A DNA stretch of 64,000 nucleotides from an uncultured Planctomycetaceae bacterium (GTDB taxonomy: Bacteria; Planctomycetota; Planctomycetia; Pirellulales; PALSA-1355): the NCBI GenBank assembly GCA_963785305.1, contig CAWAUV010000007.1:1-64000 (forward strand), in the 5' to 3' direction. The notes beneath the pieces are model-generated. The model was not told the DNA's origin, ran no database searches, and saw nothing but the letters and a program-made list of their open reading frames with translations. This document shows, in pieces, positions 1 to 11,354 of this stretch; the first letter of the stretch is position 1, and every line of letters starts with the position of its first letter. The position numbers were made by a program, and so were the translations under genes.

Positions 1-100
1 AGCATGCCAAAATTCATTCGCTTGCGTGCGCCCAGGCGGCCAGTTACAATTCGGCTTAACGGGATTTGCGGCCGCTTGCAGCTTTGTACTGCTAAAGTGC

Positions 101-227
101 CATCACCAGTTCGATCTCGCTCCCCTCGGATGAATCCCATGGGGGCGAGCCTCGCGCCGGTGGTTCAACTGAAATAACAGTGAGCCGCAGTCGCCCGCGA
201 ATGTTCGGGGGACACCGCGGCTTTTTT
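101..227 (+). promoter_or_regulatory. Structured 5' leader ending in an intrinsic terminator (candidate attenuator/riboswitch) upstream of the trans-sulfuration gene
   Basis: Hairpin CTCGCTCCCC/GGGGGCGAG (116-149); small uORF 130-177 (MNPMGASLAPVVQLK); GC stem AGCCGC...GCGGCT followed by TTTTTT (183-227); TGnTAAAGT extended -10-like element at 90-98. Confidence 0.5.
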
Positions 228-368
228 CGTTGCCCGCCGTCGGTGTCCGCCGCGCCTTCGCGCGCTGGTTCGCCCCCGCGATGCGCATCGGAAAATGCAA
301 ACGCGTCGGCGCCCCCGACCGGGTTCGGACACTATTTCAGCATTTCTTTTCCCGCGGCGGACCCATCG

Positions 369-1582
369 ATGAAACCCAACGACCCGGCGGCGCCCACGAC
401 TCCCTCGCCCGACTTTTCCACGCTGTGCGTGCATGCGGGCGAAGCGCGGCAAAAGCCCGGCAACGCCGTGACCGACGCCATCTTCTGCCTTCGACCTACA
501 CCTTCGCCGACACGCAAAGCGTGATCGATTTCATCGAACAAAAACAGCCCCGCGAGGAATACGGGCGTTACGGCAATCCGGGCGAGAAAGTGGTCGAGGC
601 CAAGCTCGCGGCGCTCGAGGGCGGCGAGTCGGCCCTGGTCTTCGCCAGCGGCATGGCGGCCATGGTCGGTCTGCTCATGGCCAAGCTCAACAGCGGCGAC
701 GAAGTGATCTTCTTCGACGAATGTTATCACCGCAGTCGCGAGTTTTGCTCGAAGCATCTCAGCCGCTTCGGCGTCGTCACCCGTCAGGTTCCGGCCTGCG
801 ACTACCAAGCCATGGAAGCCGCCATCACGCCGCGCACTCGGCTCCTCATTAGCGAGTCGCCCACGAATCCGCATCTGAGCATTGTCGATCTCGAGCGGTT
901 CGTGGAGCTTGGGCGACGGCGCGGCGTCGAGACGTTGATCGACGCCACGCTGGCCACTCCCTTCAATCTTCGCCCTCTGGCGGCCGGCGTCGATTATGTC
1001 CTGCATTCGGCCACGAAATATCTGGCCGGCCACAACGATCTCTTGGCCGGGGTGGTGGTGGGCCGCGCCGAGAAGCTCGAAAGCGTGCGAAAGCTGCGGG
1101 GCATCATGGGAGCGATCAATTCACCCCATAATTTTTATCTCCTCGAGCGCGGCCTCAAGACCTTTGGCCTGCGCATGGCCCGGCACAATGAAAACGGCCT
1201 CGCCGTGGCCCGCTTCCTCGAAAGCCACCCCCGAGTGGAAAAGGTTTATTATCCCGGCCTCGAATCGCATGCCTACCATGAAGTGGCCCGGCGATCGATG
1301 CGCGGCTACGGCGGGCTGGTGACGTTCCTGGTGAAAGACGCCGATTGGCGCGAGACGGCGGCGATTGTCGACGCGGCCCGCATCCCGCGCATCGCTCCCA
1401 GCCTGGGCGGCGCCGAATCGCTGATCGAGCAACCGCTCGTGATGAGCTATTTCGAAATGTCGCCCGAGGAGCGCCGCGGCTACGGCATTCACGACAACAT
1501 GATTCGCTTGGCGTGTGGCCTGGAGCACCCGAACGATTTGGTAGCCGACCTGGCCCAAGCGCTCGACGCCGCCGGCCCTTGA
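369..1582 (+). CDS. metB: PLP-dependent trans-sulfuration enzyme (cystathionine gamma-synthase family); frameshift near 490
   Basis: YGRYGNP, SGMAA, ESPTNP, DAT, HSATKY (PLP lysine) and SLGGAESL motifs; N-terminus MKPND...TLCVHAG lies in another frame. Confidence 0.85.
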
Positions 1583-2570
1583 TGCTAGCGGAATAGTCGC
1601 GGCTGCACCGGCGCTCCGCGCGAACCGGAGCGCTTCCGTCGAGGGGGTGGGCATTAAAACCTTCTTTGCGGAGCACATCGACAAAACTCACCGGGCCGTG
1701 CGTGCAATAGATCACGCGGGCATTCACGCGCTCGACCGCTTCGAGCAGTTCGTCGTAGTCGGCATGATCCGAAAGCGGGATCGCGTGGTCGACGCCCAGC
1801 CGGCCGCGCGTCGCGGGATGCATCGCCCAGCCGGTCACGCTGAAACTCACCACATTCCGCAGCCCGGCCAGCCGCCGCTGTCGGTGTCCGCGCGGCGGCG
1901 CCACCACCACATGACCCGGCAGGTAATGGCCGGGATACAAATGACAATCGCCCAAGTCGACGCCGCACTCGCGATACACGCGGCTCACCGCATACACGGT
2001 CGGATGTTGCAAAACCTTGAAGCCGGCCAAGGTGAGAATGCGGGTCACTTCCTGACTTTTGCCAAGCGCATAGGCTTCGATCACCGGCACGCATTCATCG
2101 GCCAGCGCTCGGCCCACGAGGTCGCACAATTGGGCAATCGCCTCGGCTCGGGGCGTGAGCCGGTAGCGCGGGTCGCCGAAGGTGCTCTCGATGATGAGCA
2201 CATCGGCCCGCGGCAGTTCGGCCCGCTCGCAGGTGGCCGACTCGCCGAGTTTGAAGTCGCCGGTATAGAGCAATGTTTGATCGTCTTCCTCGACATGGAG
2301 CATGGCCGAGCCGAGGCAGTGGCCAGCCGGATAGGTCGTGAGCTTGAGCGAGCTCCAGGCGAGCGTCTGGCGATAGGGCAGGTCGCGCGTCGCGCGCGGA
2401 CCCATGCGATGTTGATACAACTTCGCGGTCGCGGGAGTGCAAAACGCGAGCCCATGCCGAGCCATATGATCGCTGTGAGCATGCGAGATAAAGCCGTGGG
2501 GCTGGCAGCGGCGGAAGTCGATCGCCAAGCCGGTGCGCGTGAGTTTCAGGCCGCGATCGTAGTGAAACAC
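1580..2570 (-). CDS. Metallo-beta-lactamase/beta-CASP-type nuclease (ligase-associated exonuclease-like); 3' end approximate
   Basis: SHAHSDH, AGHCLGS, YTGD, ESTFG, SDHAD and THG motifs in ORF 1155..2834; GTG start at 2570 chosen. Confidence 0.8.
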
Positions 2571-2694
2571 CGAGGAATCGCCTCCGAGAGAGCTTGAAAA
2601 TCGCGTATACTGCCACGCGCCGCCCAACGACGAGCCTAACGCGCTTCGCCCGGCGCTTCCAGGGGTAGACATCGCGCGATCGAGGACCTTCGCC

Positions 2695-3741
2695 ATGAAA
2701 TTCGAAGTGCATGAAGTCGCGCTGCCGCTCTTGCATCCCTTCAATATCTCGCGCGGCTCGACCACGGTGCAATCGGCGATCGTCGTCGAGCTGAGCGACG
2801 GGCGCCACTCAGGCTTCGGCGAAGCCTCGGCCAACGACTATTACGGGGTCACGGCCGCGAGCATGCGCGCGACGCTCGAATCGCTTCGCCCGGAGATCGA
2901 GGAATTTGCTTGCAACGCCGCCGACAATGAAACCGCGCCTTGGCCCGAAAGGCTGTGGGGGCGGCTCGATTCCAAGCTGGGGCAATGTCGCTTTTCGCAG
3001 TGCGCGCTCGACGAAGCAGCGCATGATCTCTGGGGCAAACAGATCGGCCAACCACTCTGGCGAGCCTGGGGACTCGATCCGGCGGCGGCCGCGCCGAGCG
3101 ACTACACGATCGGCATCGACACGATCGAACACATGCTCGCCAAGCTTCGCGAATTCGCCGACTGGCCGGCCTACAAGATCAAGCTCGGCACGCCGCACGA
3201 CCTCGAGATCTGTGCGCGCCTGCGCCAAGCGACCGCGGCGCCCTTGCGAGTCGACGCCAACTGCGGCTGGAATGTCGAAGAAACCCTGGCCAACGCGCGG
3301 GCCATGGCGCCGCTGGGCGTGGAACTGATCGAGCAGCCGCTCCCGGCCGACGATCGGGCCGGCGCTCGGCGGCTGTTCGTCGAATCGCCGTTGCCGATCT
3401 TCGCCGACGAATCGTGCCGCGTCGAGGCCGATGTCGCCGCTGCGGTCGGGCATTTTCATGGCGTGAACATCAAACTCCAAAAATGCGGCGGCCTGACCCC
3501 GGCTCGGCGCATGATCGCCCAGGCCCGGCGGCTCGGCCCGCGGGTCATGATCGGCTGCATGAACGAATCGACGGTGGGCATTTCAGCCGCCGCCCAGCTT
3601 GCCCCGCTGGTGGACTTTGCCGATCTCGACGGCGCCGCGCTCCTGGCCCAGGATATCGCCTCGGGGGTCCGCATCGAACAGGGCCGCGTCCGCTATCCGG
3701 TGGAACATGGCGCCGGAGTGCGACTCTGGCCGCGCGAGTAA
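2695..3741 (+). CDS. L-Ala-D/L-Glu dipeptide epimerase (enolase superfamily)
   Basis: KIK, DANCGW, EQP, DES, NIKLQKCGG and DLDG motifs. Confidence 0.9.
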   Translation: MKFEVHEVALPLLHPFNISRGSTTVQSAIVVELSDGRHSGFGEASANDYYGVTAASMRATLESLRPEIEEFACNAADNETAPWPERLWGRLDSKLGQCRFSQCALDEAAHDLWGKQIGQPLWRAWGLDPAAAAPSDYTIGIDTIEHMLAKLREFADWPAYKIKLGTPHDLEICARLRQATAAPLRVDANCGWNVEETLANARAMAPLGVELIEQPLPADDRAGARRLFVESPLPIFADESCRVEADVAAAVGHFHGVNIKLQKCGGLTPARRMIAQARRLGPRVMIGCMNESTVGISAAAQLAPLVDFADLDGAALLAQDIASGVRIEQGRVRYPVEHGAGVRLWPRE

Positions 3742-4036
3742 GCTCGCTCTTCCGCGGGCCGCTTGTTCCTCGCGGCGGGCTCCCGCCATCGCGTTTTGCC
3801 CCCTGCCATTGGTCGCATTCTTCACCGGCCGGGTAGGGAAAACCGGCGCGACCGTTCCCAGTGTGCGGGCGACGACGCGAAATCGTCGCGCTTTTGGCCC
3901 CGATTTTGCTCATGCTAGCGGGCGCCTACCTCAAGCGTATGGCAAGCTTTTTATGGCGACTGCTTCTAGATTTTCACCGGTGTCGGCGAACGGCCCGCGA
4001 ATGTCGGCCCCGCCGCGGGTTCGAGGAACGCAAATA

Positions 4037-5104
4037 ATGTTGCAGGCAATGAATTCGGAAAAAAGCTTTTCGATTCGCGAAGCACGCCTTGCGATCGCTG
4101 ATCTCTTCGACCGCCACGTTTTGCGGTACTGGATCGATTTGATCCTTTCGATGGCCGTGGGTTATTCGTCGGCCAGCGTGTATCTCTCGCCCGAGTTTTC
4201 GTGGCCCGCGCGGCTGGGAGCGCTGGTCGTGGCGGCGTTTGCCCTGTTTCGGGTCGGCAGCTTTATCCACGAGATCACGCATATGCGCGAGGGCGAGATG
4301 CGGGCCTTTCGGGCGTTCTGGGATCTGGCCTGCGGCATTCCCATGGTGATGCCATCGTTTTTTTACGAGAACCATATCGACCATCACAATGCACGGCACT
4401 ATGGCACGCAAGCCGATGGCGAATATGTGCCGCTGGGCACCTCGACCTGGCATCAGATCGTGTTGTTTTTTTCGCAAGCGCTGGTGATGCCGCTGTTGCT
4501 GTTCGTCCGCTTTTTGCTGAGCCCGCTCACGTTTATTACTCCCCGTGTTCGCCAGTGGACGCTCGAGCGCTGTTCGTCGTTTGTGTTCAACTGGCATCAT
4601 CGGCTCGCGATTCCCGCAACCGCGCCGCGGCGTTCGTGGGCCGCGATCGAGTTGGCTTGCTGCCTGCGCTGCTGGATCATGCTGGCCGTGGTGTGGACCG
4701 GCCCTTTTGATTGGGCTCGGCTGCCGGCGATCTACGTGCTGGCGGTGGCGATTCTGAGCTTGAACTATCTGCGGAATCTCGCGGCCCACCATTACCGCAA
4801 TCGGGGCGAGCGCATGACCCACCTCGAGCAGCTCGAAGACTCGGTGAATATCACCGGCGGCCCGCTCACCGAGCTGTTTTTTCCGCTCAACCTGCGTTAC
4901 CACGCGCTGCACCATCTTTTCCCGTCGCTGCCCTATCACAACCTGGGTCGGGCCCATCGGCGGCTGATGGCCGCATTGCCGGCAAATTCGCTCTATCGCG
5001 ACACGGTGTATCCAAGCTTTTGGGCCGTGGTGGCCGAACTACTCCGCGACACGCGGGCCGCGAGCCGGGCCCAACGCCGGCGAGCCCGCGTGGCGCGTGG
5101 CCCC
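4037..5104 (+). CDS. Membrane fatty-acid desaturase-family protein; C-terminus runs into the IS
   Basis: His boxes HEITH, HIDHH, AAHH and YHALHH plus TM segments; frame continues into the IS inverted repeat at 5105. Confidence 0.8.
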
Positions 5105-6663
5105 GGGACCAGTTCAGCTTATGCGGCGGTGGCGAGGGGGGTGGAGCGGCGGTGGAAGGGGTGGCCGGGGCGTTGCGAGAGGTAGTCCTTGAGCCGGCCG
5201 TCGTCGCTGAGGGCTGCGGCGCGGAGCTGCAAGATCGCTTCCGCTCCGTCGGGATCGTCCCAGAACATTTCGGTCCCTTTCACGCGCAGGTTCATCTGTT
5301 TGATCAGCGACTCCATCGGCGCACTGGTGACCGGCAGGCCCAGGCGGCGATAGCTGGGATAGTCCATCCGCTGGCGATTGTTCGTCAAGTACCGCACGGC
5401 GTCGACGAGCGCTTTCTCCGCGTCACTGGGTTTCGTATCTTCCCAGTCGATGCCCCGGGCGAGGCAGGCTTGCTTGATCTCGTCGATCACGTGATCGACC
5501 TGGCCTTGCCAGCACCAGGTGACGAACTTTAGATAGAGCGACCAACCCTCCGCATCGTTGGCGGCCAGCGCCAGCGCCGCGCGGTAAACGTATTGAATCG
5601 CATGAATGAAGTCGAGGACGGGCGTGAACGTCGGAAAATGTTTTTTCCAGATCGACCAGTTCCAGTTCAGGCCATCACCGAGGAAGACCCGTAAAGGGGA
5701 ATCGTAGAACCGGCGCCGCTGGGCTTCGCGCCGCATCAGCGGGCCGAAATCCTCCGAGCAGGACATACTGCTCAGCGCCGTGCGCAGCACCGCGCCGCGG
5801 GTTGAGAGACATTCGCTCGAACGAAGCGTTCTTCGTTTCGCGCCAGCCTTTCTCGCCCGACGGCACGACGCCGCGTCCCCGGCCCGGCTCGCGCGTGCGA
5901 ATGCGGCCGCCGTCGCAAGAGACCACCGCCGCTTCCGGCACGACGACTTCCTTGACGACTTTTTTATTGTCGCTGGGCGCCGGCAGTGCCTTCCCGTCGG
6001 CCAGTTCCTGGCCCACCTGTTTCACCAAACGCCGAATCGTGCTGCAGGGAACTTTGTGTCCCAGCACTTGCTCGGTGATCACTTCCGCGCGCTTGAACGA
6101 ACGGACTTCCGCGGCTAGGCAGACCACGGCTCGCGTCAACTCGGGCGTGACCTCGCGGCTATCGAGTCCCAACGTCAACCGCTGAGGGAAAAAAAGACCG
6201 CCGGCAGCGGTCGCAGTAAGCGGTCGTCTCGGTCACCTCGACCCGGCCATCCAGGCTGGTGACCGGCCTCGTTGCGGTTTGCACGCGGCACGACGCTCCG
6301 CAGGTGGGGCAGTTCGCTTCCGTCGGGCAGCTCGCGGCGACTTCACGCATCGCTCGCTCTTGGGCTTCACGGCTCAACTCGCGGCCGAGCGTGATAGCAT
6401 ACCGCTCGATGACGCTATAGTGCGGCGTGCCGAGGAACGCCCCCTGCTCGACCATCTCCTCGATTCCCAGTTCGGCCAGTTCCCGCAAAAGTTCCTTCCT
6501 CCTGGCCTCGCGGGCCTGCATCGCGGCGTCCATGCCTAGCGCTCCTTAAGCAAGTTTCGTTCACCGATCAAATCCACCTCGCCCAGCTTACCACACAAAC
6601 CCCGAATTCTCCTATTGACGTTTCCACATCCACCCCCCAACCCGCAAAAGCTGAACTGGTCCC
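5105..6663 (-). mobile_element. ISKra4-like (IS256-related) insertion sequence, internally deleted copy
   Basis: Perfect 16-bp TIRs GGGACCAGTTCAGCTT / AAGCTGAACTGGTCCC; near-identical to 35430-37145 but about 157 bp shorter; orfA (6159-6533) has CxxC pairs; DDE orfB has GDG..W, LDFIHA and SAPMES; no target duplication. Confidence 0.9.
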
Positions 6664-6695
6664 TATTATCGCGTCTCCCAACGCAGAAACGCGGC

Positions 6696-6724
6696 TTGGC
6701 TGGCTTGCCCCATTTTGCTATAGT
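6696..6724 (+). promoter_or_regulatory. Possible sigma-70 promoter for the R-M operon
   Basis: TTGGCT-N17-TATAGT with TG extension, about 45 bp upstream of ATG 6769. Confidence 0.3.
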
Positions 6725-6768
6725 CCCCGCCCCGCATAGCTCAACGGACTGTAGCAAAGGGGCCAAGG

Positions 6769-7366
6769 ATGGCGCCGCAACCGCATGCGCTCGAATCTAA
6801 ATACGGTTTGACTTCACTCGAATTGCTTGATGCGATCAGCGGACGGTTTCGACTGAAGGTCGAGGGCGCGGTCGCCGAAGTGCAAATGCAGAAGCACATC
6901 GCGCGTTGCGTGGGACGCGGAATCGAGCGATACGAAACACACGATATCGACGGGCATCCCGATTTTTCGATCTGGCTGCCGGGCGCACGACTGCTTCTGG
7001 CAGAGTGCAAGAATATCCGCGAGAGCGGCAAAGTGGGCGGCGAAGCCTATCGGGTCGGCGGGAAGATCGTCGGCTACAAGGTCGAAACAGAAGACCCGCG
7101 CCGCGACTGGCGACAAAACCAGCCGATTCGACGGTATTGACCAGTTCCAGATTTTGGGCGTCTGCTTGGGCAAGAAAACCGGGAGCTGGTCGGATCTCGT
7201 CTTTGCCCGGACGGTCGATTTGTGCCGCCACGATAAGCATCCGCACAAGCTGGCCGTTTTCCAAAGGATTCCATTGCCGAATGCATCGGACCTTCGACCG
7301 TGGTATGCTGACTTCGCCGAGTTGATTCAGCATATCGATGACCCGCCCTATGAAACCGCTCTATAA
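6769..7366 (+). CDS. Putative PD-(D/E)XK restriction endonuclease; frameshift near 7088
   Basis: HPDFSI...AECKN motif; second half (QKTRA...QFQILGVCL) continues in another frame; overlaps the MTase start. Confidence 0.55.
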
Positions 7367-8261
7367 AACCGACCTTGGCGAAGCGTATTGCGCGGATAGC
7401 CTTGAATTGCTGCCGACCCTGCCCGACGCCAGCGTGGACCTCGTGTTTACGTCGCCGCCGTATGCTCTTCACTTCAAGAAGGAATACGGCAACGCCGATC
7501 AAAAAGACTACATTGCTTGGTTCCTGCCCTTTGCGCGTGAAATCAAGCGCGTCTTGAAGTCGGACGGGAGTTTCGTGCTGAATATCGGCGGAAGCTGGAC
7601 CCCCGGCGAGCCTGTCCGGTCCCTATACCACTTTCGGCTTCTGCTGGCTTTGTGCGACGAACTGGGCTTCAACCTGTGCCAGGAGTTCTTCTGGTACAAC
7701 CCCGCCAAGATGCCGGCCCCGGCCGAATGGGTGAACGTGCGGCGCTTGCGGGTCAAGGATTCAGTCGAATACATATTCTGGCTTGCCCCGTCCGCCTTCC
7801 CCAAAGCCGATAACTCGAAAGTGCTCCAGGCGTATAGCAAAGATATGGAGCGACTAATCAAACGGGGCGTGAAGCAAACCAAGCGCCCGTCCGGTCACAA
7901 CATCAAGGCCACGTTCGCGGCGGACAAGGGCGGCTCGATTCCCCCGAACTTAATCGAGTGCGGAAACAACGAATCCAACAGCCGTTAAATCAAGGAATCG
8001 AAGCGCCAAGGGCAAAAGGTCCATCCGGCCCGCTTCCCCGCCGAGTTGCCGCGATTCTTCATTGAGTTCTTGACCGAGCCGGGTGAGCTAGTGCTAGATC
8101 CCTTCGCCGGTTCCAACACGACGGGCGCAATCGCCGAGAAGTTAGGCCGCAATTGGATTGCCGTCGAAAAGGATCGGCACTATGCCAAGGATTCACAATT
8201 GCGATTCAGTGAACCGCAAGAGGCCGGCGCAAATGGCAATGGGGAGAAGCTTTTGTTCTGA
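7338..8261 (+). CDS. Beta-class N4-cytosine/N6-adenine DNA methyltransferase (M.PvuII-like) with in-frame TAA at 7986-7988
   Basis: TSPPY (motif IV) precedes HPARFP and VLDPFAGS (motif I); ORFs 7338..7988 and 8046..8261 are in the same frame. Confidence 0.85.
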
Positions 8262-8300
8262 ATCGTGCGGCGCGGCGTAAGTTCAGGGAGGTAGTCGAAC

Positions 8301-8823
8301 GTGGCAGCAACCCGCGGCAAATGGGGCATCGACGAAGCCTATTTCGTTGCAATTGGGCAAATTATCATCGCGTTCCAACGACTGGAATGGGGACTTGGCC
8401 ACACGGTTTTTCTATTGAGTGGATTAGAGAAAAACATCGCCCACTTTGCCAAAGCTAAGCCTTCCGAGAACCTGAAACAAATTAGAGACCTTTATGAATC
8501 GCGAATTGAGAAGTTCGGCGATCGCCACGATGAACTGCGGGTACTCTTTGATCGCGCACAACGCTGGGGTCGAAGCGAACCAGGCACGCAACGCAATCAT
8601 TCACGCGCACTGGGGCTTCAACACGGACTACAATCTCGTGATCGAAGATTTGAAGGACAGATCCAAATGCTTGCCGATTATCAAACAAGGCATTGCAGGG
8701 CCATCCGAACTGTTTGAAATCGTTGAGCAAATTGAGCGATCAAATGAAGCCCTAATGGATTTTTGTCGGCTATTCGCGGGAGTGTATCATCGAGAGTTGA
8801 GAATCGAACAAAACAATCCGTGA
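8301..8823 (+). CDS. Hypothetical protein, lower GC, frameshifted near 8560
   Basis: GGAGG RBS before GTG; ORFs 8301..8717 and 8494..8823 join into one helical protein (AIGQIIIAFQRLE...RNAIIHAHW). Confidence 0.5.
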
Positions 8824-8901
8824 AAGCCTAAGATTGTAGGTTGGCGCGGTATGGCTGGAGAATTGACGCCAACCGGTTAGCCGAACGCGAATGCCACCTA
8901 G

Positions 8902-10799
8902 CCCTTAAACAAGCGTACGCGGTTGCGTTTTGCGGCGGTTTCGCGTGGCCGGCGGTGGCGCGGCGTGAGCGGGCGGCGCCGGCAGGCGCGCTACTCTCGG
9001 CGGCGGGTTTTTGTTTGGCATTGGCGGTTGGCTTTCCTGGTTCGGCGTGGCGGCGGACCGGAGCGTCCGGACTCCGGCTTCAATCGATCGGCGTCAACAT
9101 CGCAGGCCGTCCAGCCAGCGAAACAACACGACTTGCCAGCGATTCCAACCCAACAAACGATAGATCAATCTTCGCCCGCCACGCACGATTTGACATGGCA
9201 TCCGAATGAAAGCGTTGCGGAATGTCTTGAACTCCATCTTGAGCACCGTCTTCTTTTCCTCGCGCCGCGCTTCTTGTTCGCGGCCCGGCGGCTCGGGCAA
9301 GAGCAAGGCCCACCACGCCTTCAGGTTCCAGGCCAGCGAGACCATCACCATGTAGGCCCAGTTGCTCACCAAGTTGTCGACCGGCGCGTGCAAGGCGCGC
9401 ACCGCGCCTTTAAGCTGCGCGTTCAGGTTCTCTTGATCGCAGCGGTCGTTCGCCTCGAACACCACTTCGGCCGGCGTGAGCTCGCGATCGTTCGTCAAGT
9501 AGAAGAAGTAGCGATAGCTGGAAAACAGCGTCCGCTGACCTTGGTGCTCGTCGATCCACTTGCGCACCACCACCAGGCGGTACACCTTCTTGCACGCCGT
9601 GGGTCGATAATCGAACTCGGCGACCTCTTCGCCCACCAGCCGCAGGTTCTTGAATCCCCGCTCGCGCACGATGCCTTCCTTAACATTGGTCGGCCGCGCG
9701 CGGCGTTTGGTCTTCACGGCGTAACGCGGCGGCGCTCGAGCGGTTGCCAGGCCTTGTCCTTCAAGTCGTCGGCCAAAAGCTGCAATTTCAGCTTGGCGTC
9801 CATGCCGAACACGAATCGCACGCGCGGGTCGTCCGTCCAGCGGTCCAGATGCGTCGTCTGCGAGAAGTCGGTGTCGCCGCGGAGCAACACCTTGCGAAAG
9901 CCGCCGGCGAAGCAGACTTCCAGCGCGCGATCGACTTCGGCCGCCGCCCCTTCGTGGCTGGGCCGGTTGCCCGAGCGGTTGACGATCGAGAACACTTCGC
10001 CCGTGTTGGCCAGCGACACGACCAGCGGATGATAGCCCCACTCGCCCTTGTGGGAGATGTCCATGCCCTCCTTGCACTGGCCGCCGGTGGGCGCGAACAC
10101 GCCGTCCATGTCGATGCGGGCTTGGGCGAAGAACTCGGCGGGCTGGCGGGCCCAAGCTTTATGTCGTGTTTCGTGGAAAGCTTCTTGCAGCGCGCGCACG
10201 TCGCTCGGCGTGAAACGGCGGCAGAAGTCGCCCGCCGTCGTCGGGTCGGGCACGCGCCGGGCGCCGAGCGCGTCGAGATAGACTTCGTCGTTGCGGCGCA
10301 GTTCGAGGTCTTCCAGGCAATCGCCGTCGCACAAGGCGTTGAACGCTAGGTTGAGCACATGATCGCTCTCATGATATGGCAGATGCACCTTGAGCAAATG
10401 CAATCGCCGATCGATCGCTTCGGCCAGCCCCAGTTCTTGGACCAGCAACCGCATCGCGCCCAAGCCGCCATAAGCCATGCCTTGCGCGCGCTCCGCAAGC
10501 TCATACTTGATATTGCCGGGCCGCATGATCGGGCGTCGCAACCCTCGCAGTTGTGCTTGTCGATGCGCCGCTCGACCCGCCGCTTGCATGCGGCGAGACG
10601 TCGGCGTATCTTGGCCCGTGTTCTTCGGCCCTTGGCCTGCGCCCTCTGACGCTTGGCCCGCGCTCTTTGGTTCTTGGCTTTCACTCGAAATCCCTCGGTG
10701 GCCGTGGTGTTCGTGACTGGCAAAAAACACAGAATACCGCAAATCCACCGAGGGATTTCGCTTTTTTCCAAAAATCTCCCCGCCCACGCCCTCAAAGGG
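8902..10799 (-). mobile_element. IS1380-family insertion sequence; transposase 9094-10684 with frameshifts
   Basis: IDMD, GYHPL, LLRGDTDF and RCDQEN..QLK motifs; imperfect ends CCCTTAAACAAGCGT / ACGCCCTCAAAGGG; no clear TSD. Confidence 0.85.
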
Positions 10800-10810
10800 A
10801 TACTGGTTTA

Positions 10811-10888
10811 GAACCTATCCGGCAACCCCCGGAAGCGCCCAATTTTGCGGGCAGTTTCAATGCTGGCGCCGGGTTGCCGGATAGGCTC
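10811..10888. mobile_element. 78-bp MITE-like element
   Basis: 18-bp inverted repeats GAACCTATCCGGCAACCC / GGGTTGCCGGATAGGCTC (1 mismatch), flanked by TTA on both sides. Confidence 0.6.
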
Positions 10889-10895
10889 TTAAGGT

Positions 10896-11062
10896 CTAGT
10901 GCTTTGTCACGGCTGAAATGAGAGGTAACCCGGTGTGCCCTGCCCACGCCCAGCGTGGGCATGTTTTCGAGCGCCACGCGGAGTCCTCATGCCCACGCGG
11001 GGCCGTGGGCATGGCACGCGGAACCAAACCAACCCGTCATTTCAATTGTGACAATGCACGAG
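10896..11062. repeat. Nested palindromic element (REPIN/MITE-like)
   Basis: 26-bp imperfect outer IR CTAGTGCTTTGTCACGGCTGAAATGA / TCATTTCAATTGTGACAATGCACGAG enclosing two TGCCCACG..CGTGGGCA hairpins. Confidence 0.65.
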
Positions 11063-11354
11063 TAACCTCTCGACTTTCCGAGCAACCCCCCGACGAACCA
11101 TCCGAGGCCCGTGAACATGATGGCGCGTTTGATTCGCATGCCGCGATTATTGGCCGGTCGCTGGCAATTTCCCGGGGAATCCCTAACTTTCAGAGTCGTC
11201 AGCCTGGCTTCCGCGGCGGTGGCTTCTCCGGGGGGCGGGGAGTTATAATCGAGCGTTTCGCGGCGCCCGGCTTGTGTAGCCCGCCGCGAGCGCCAGGGGA
11301 CGACCGGAATCGTCTCGCGAACCATTCCAAAATCTTCGACTGCCCTCAAAACCC

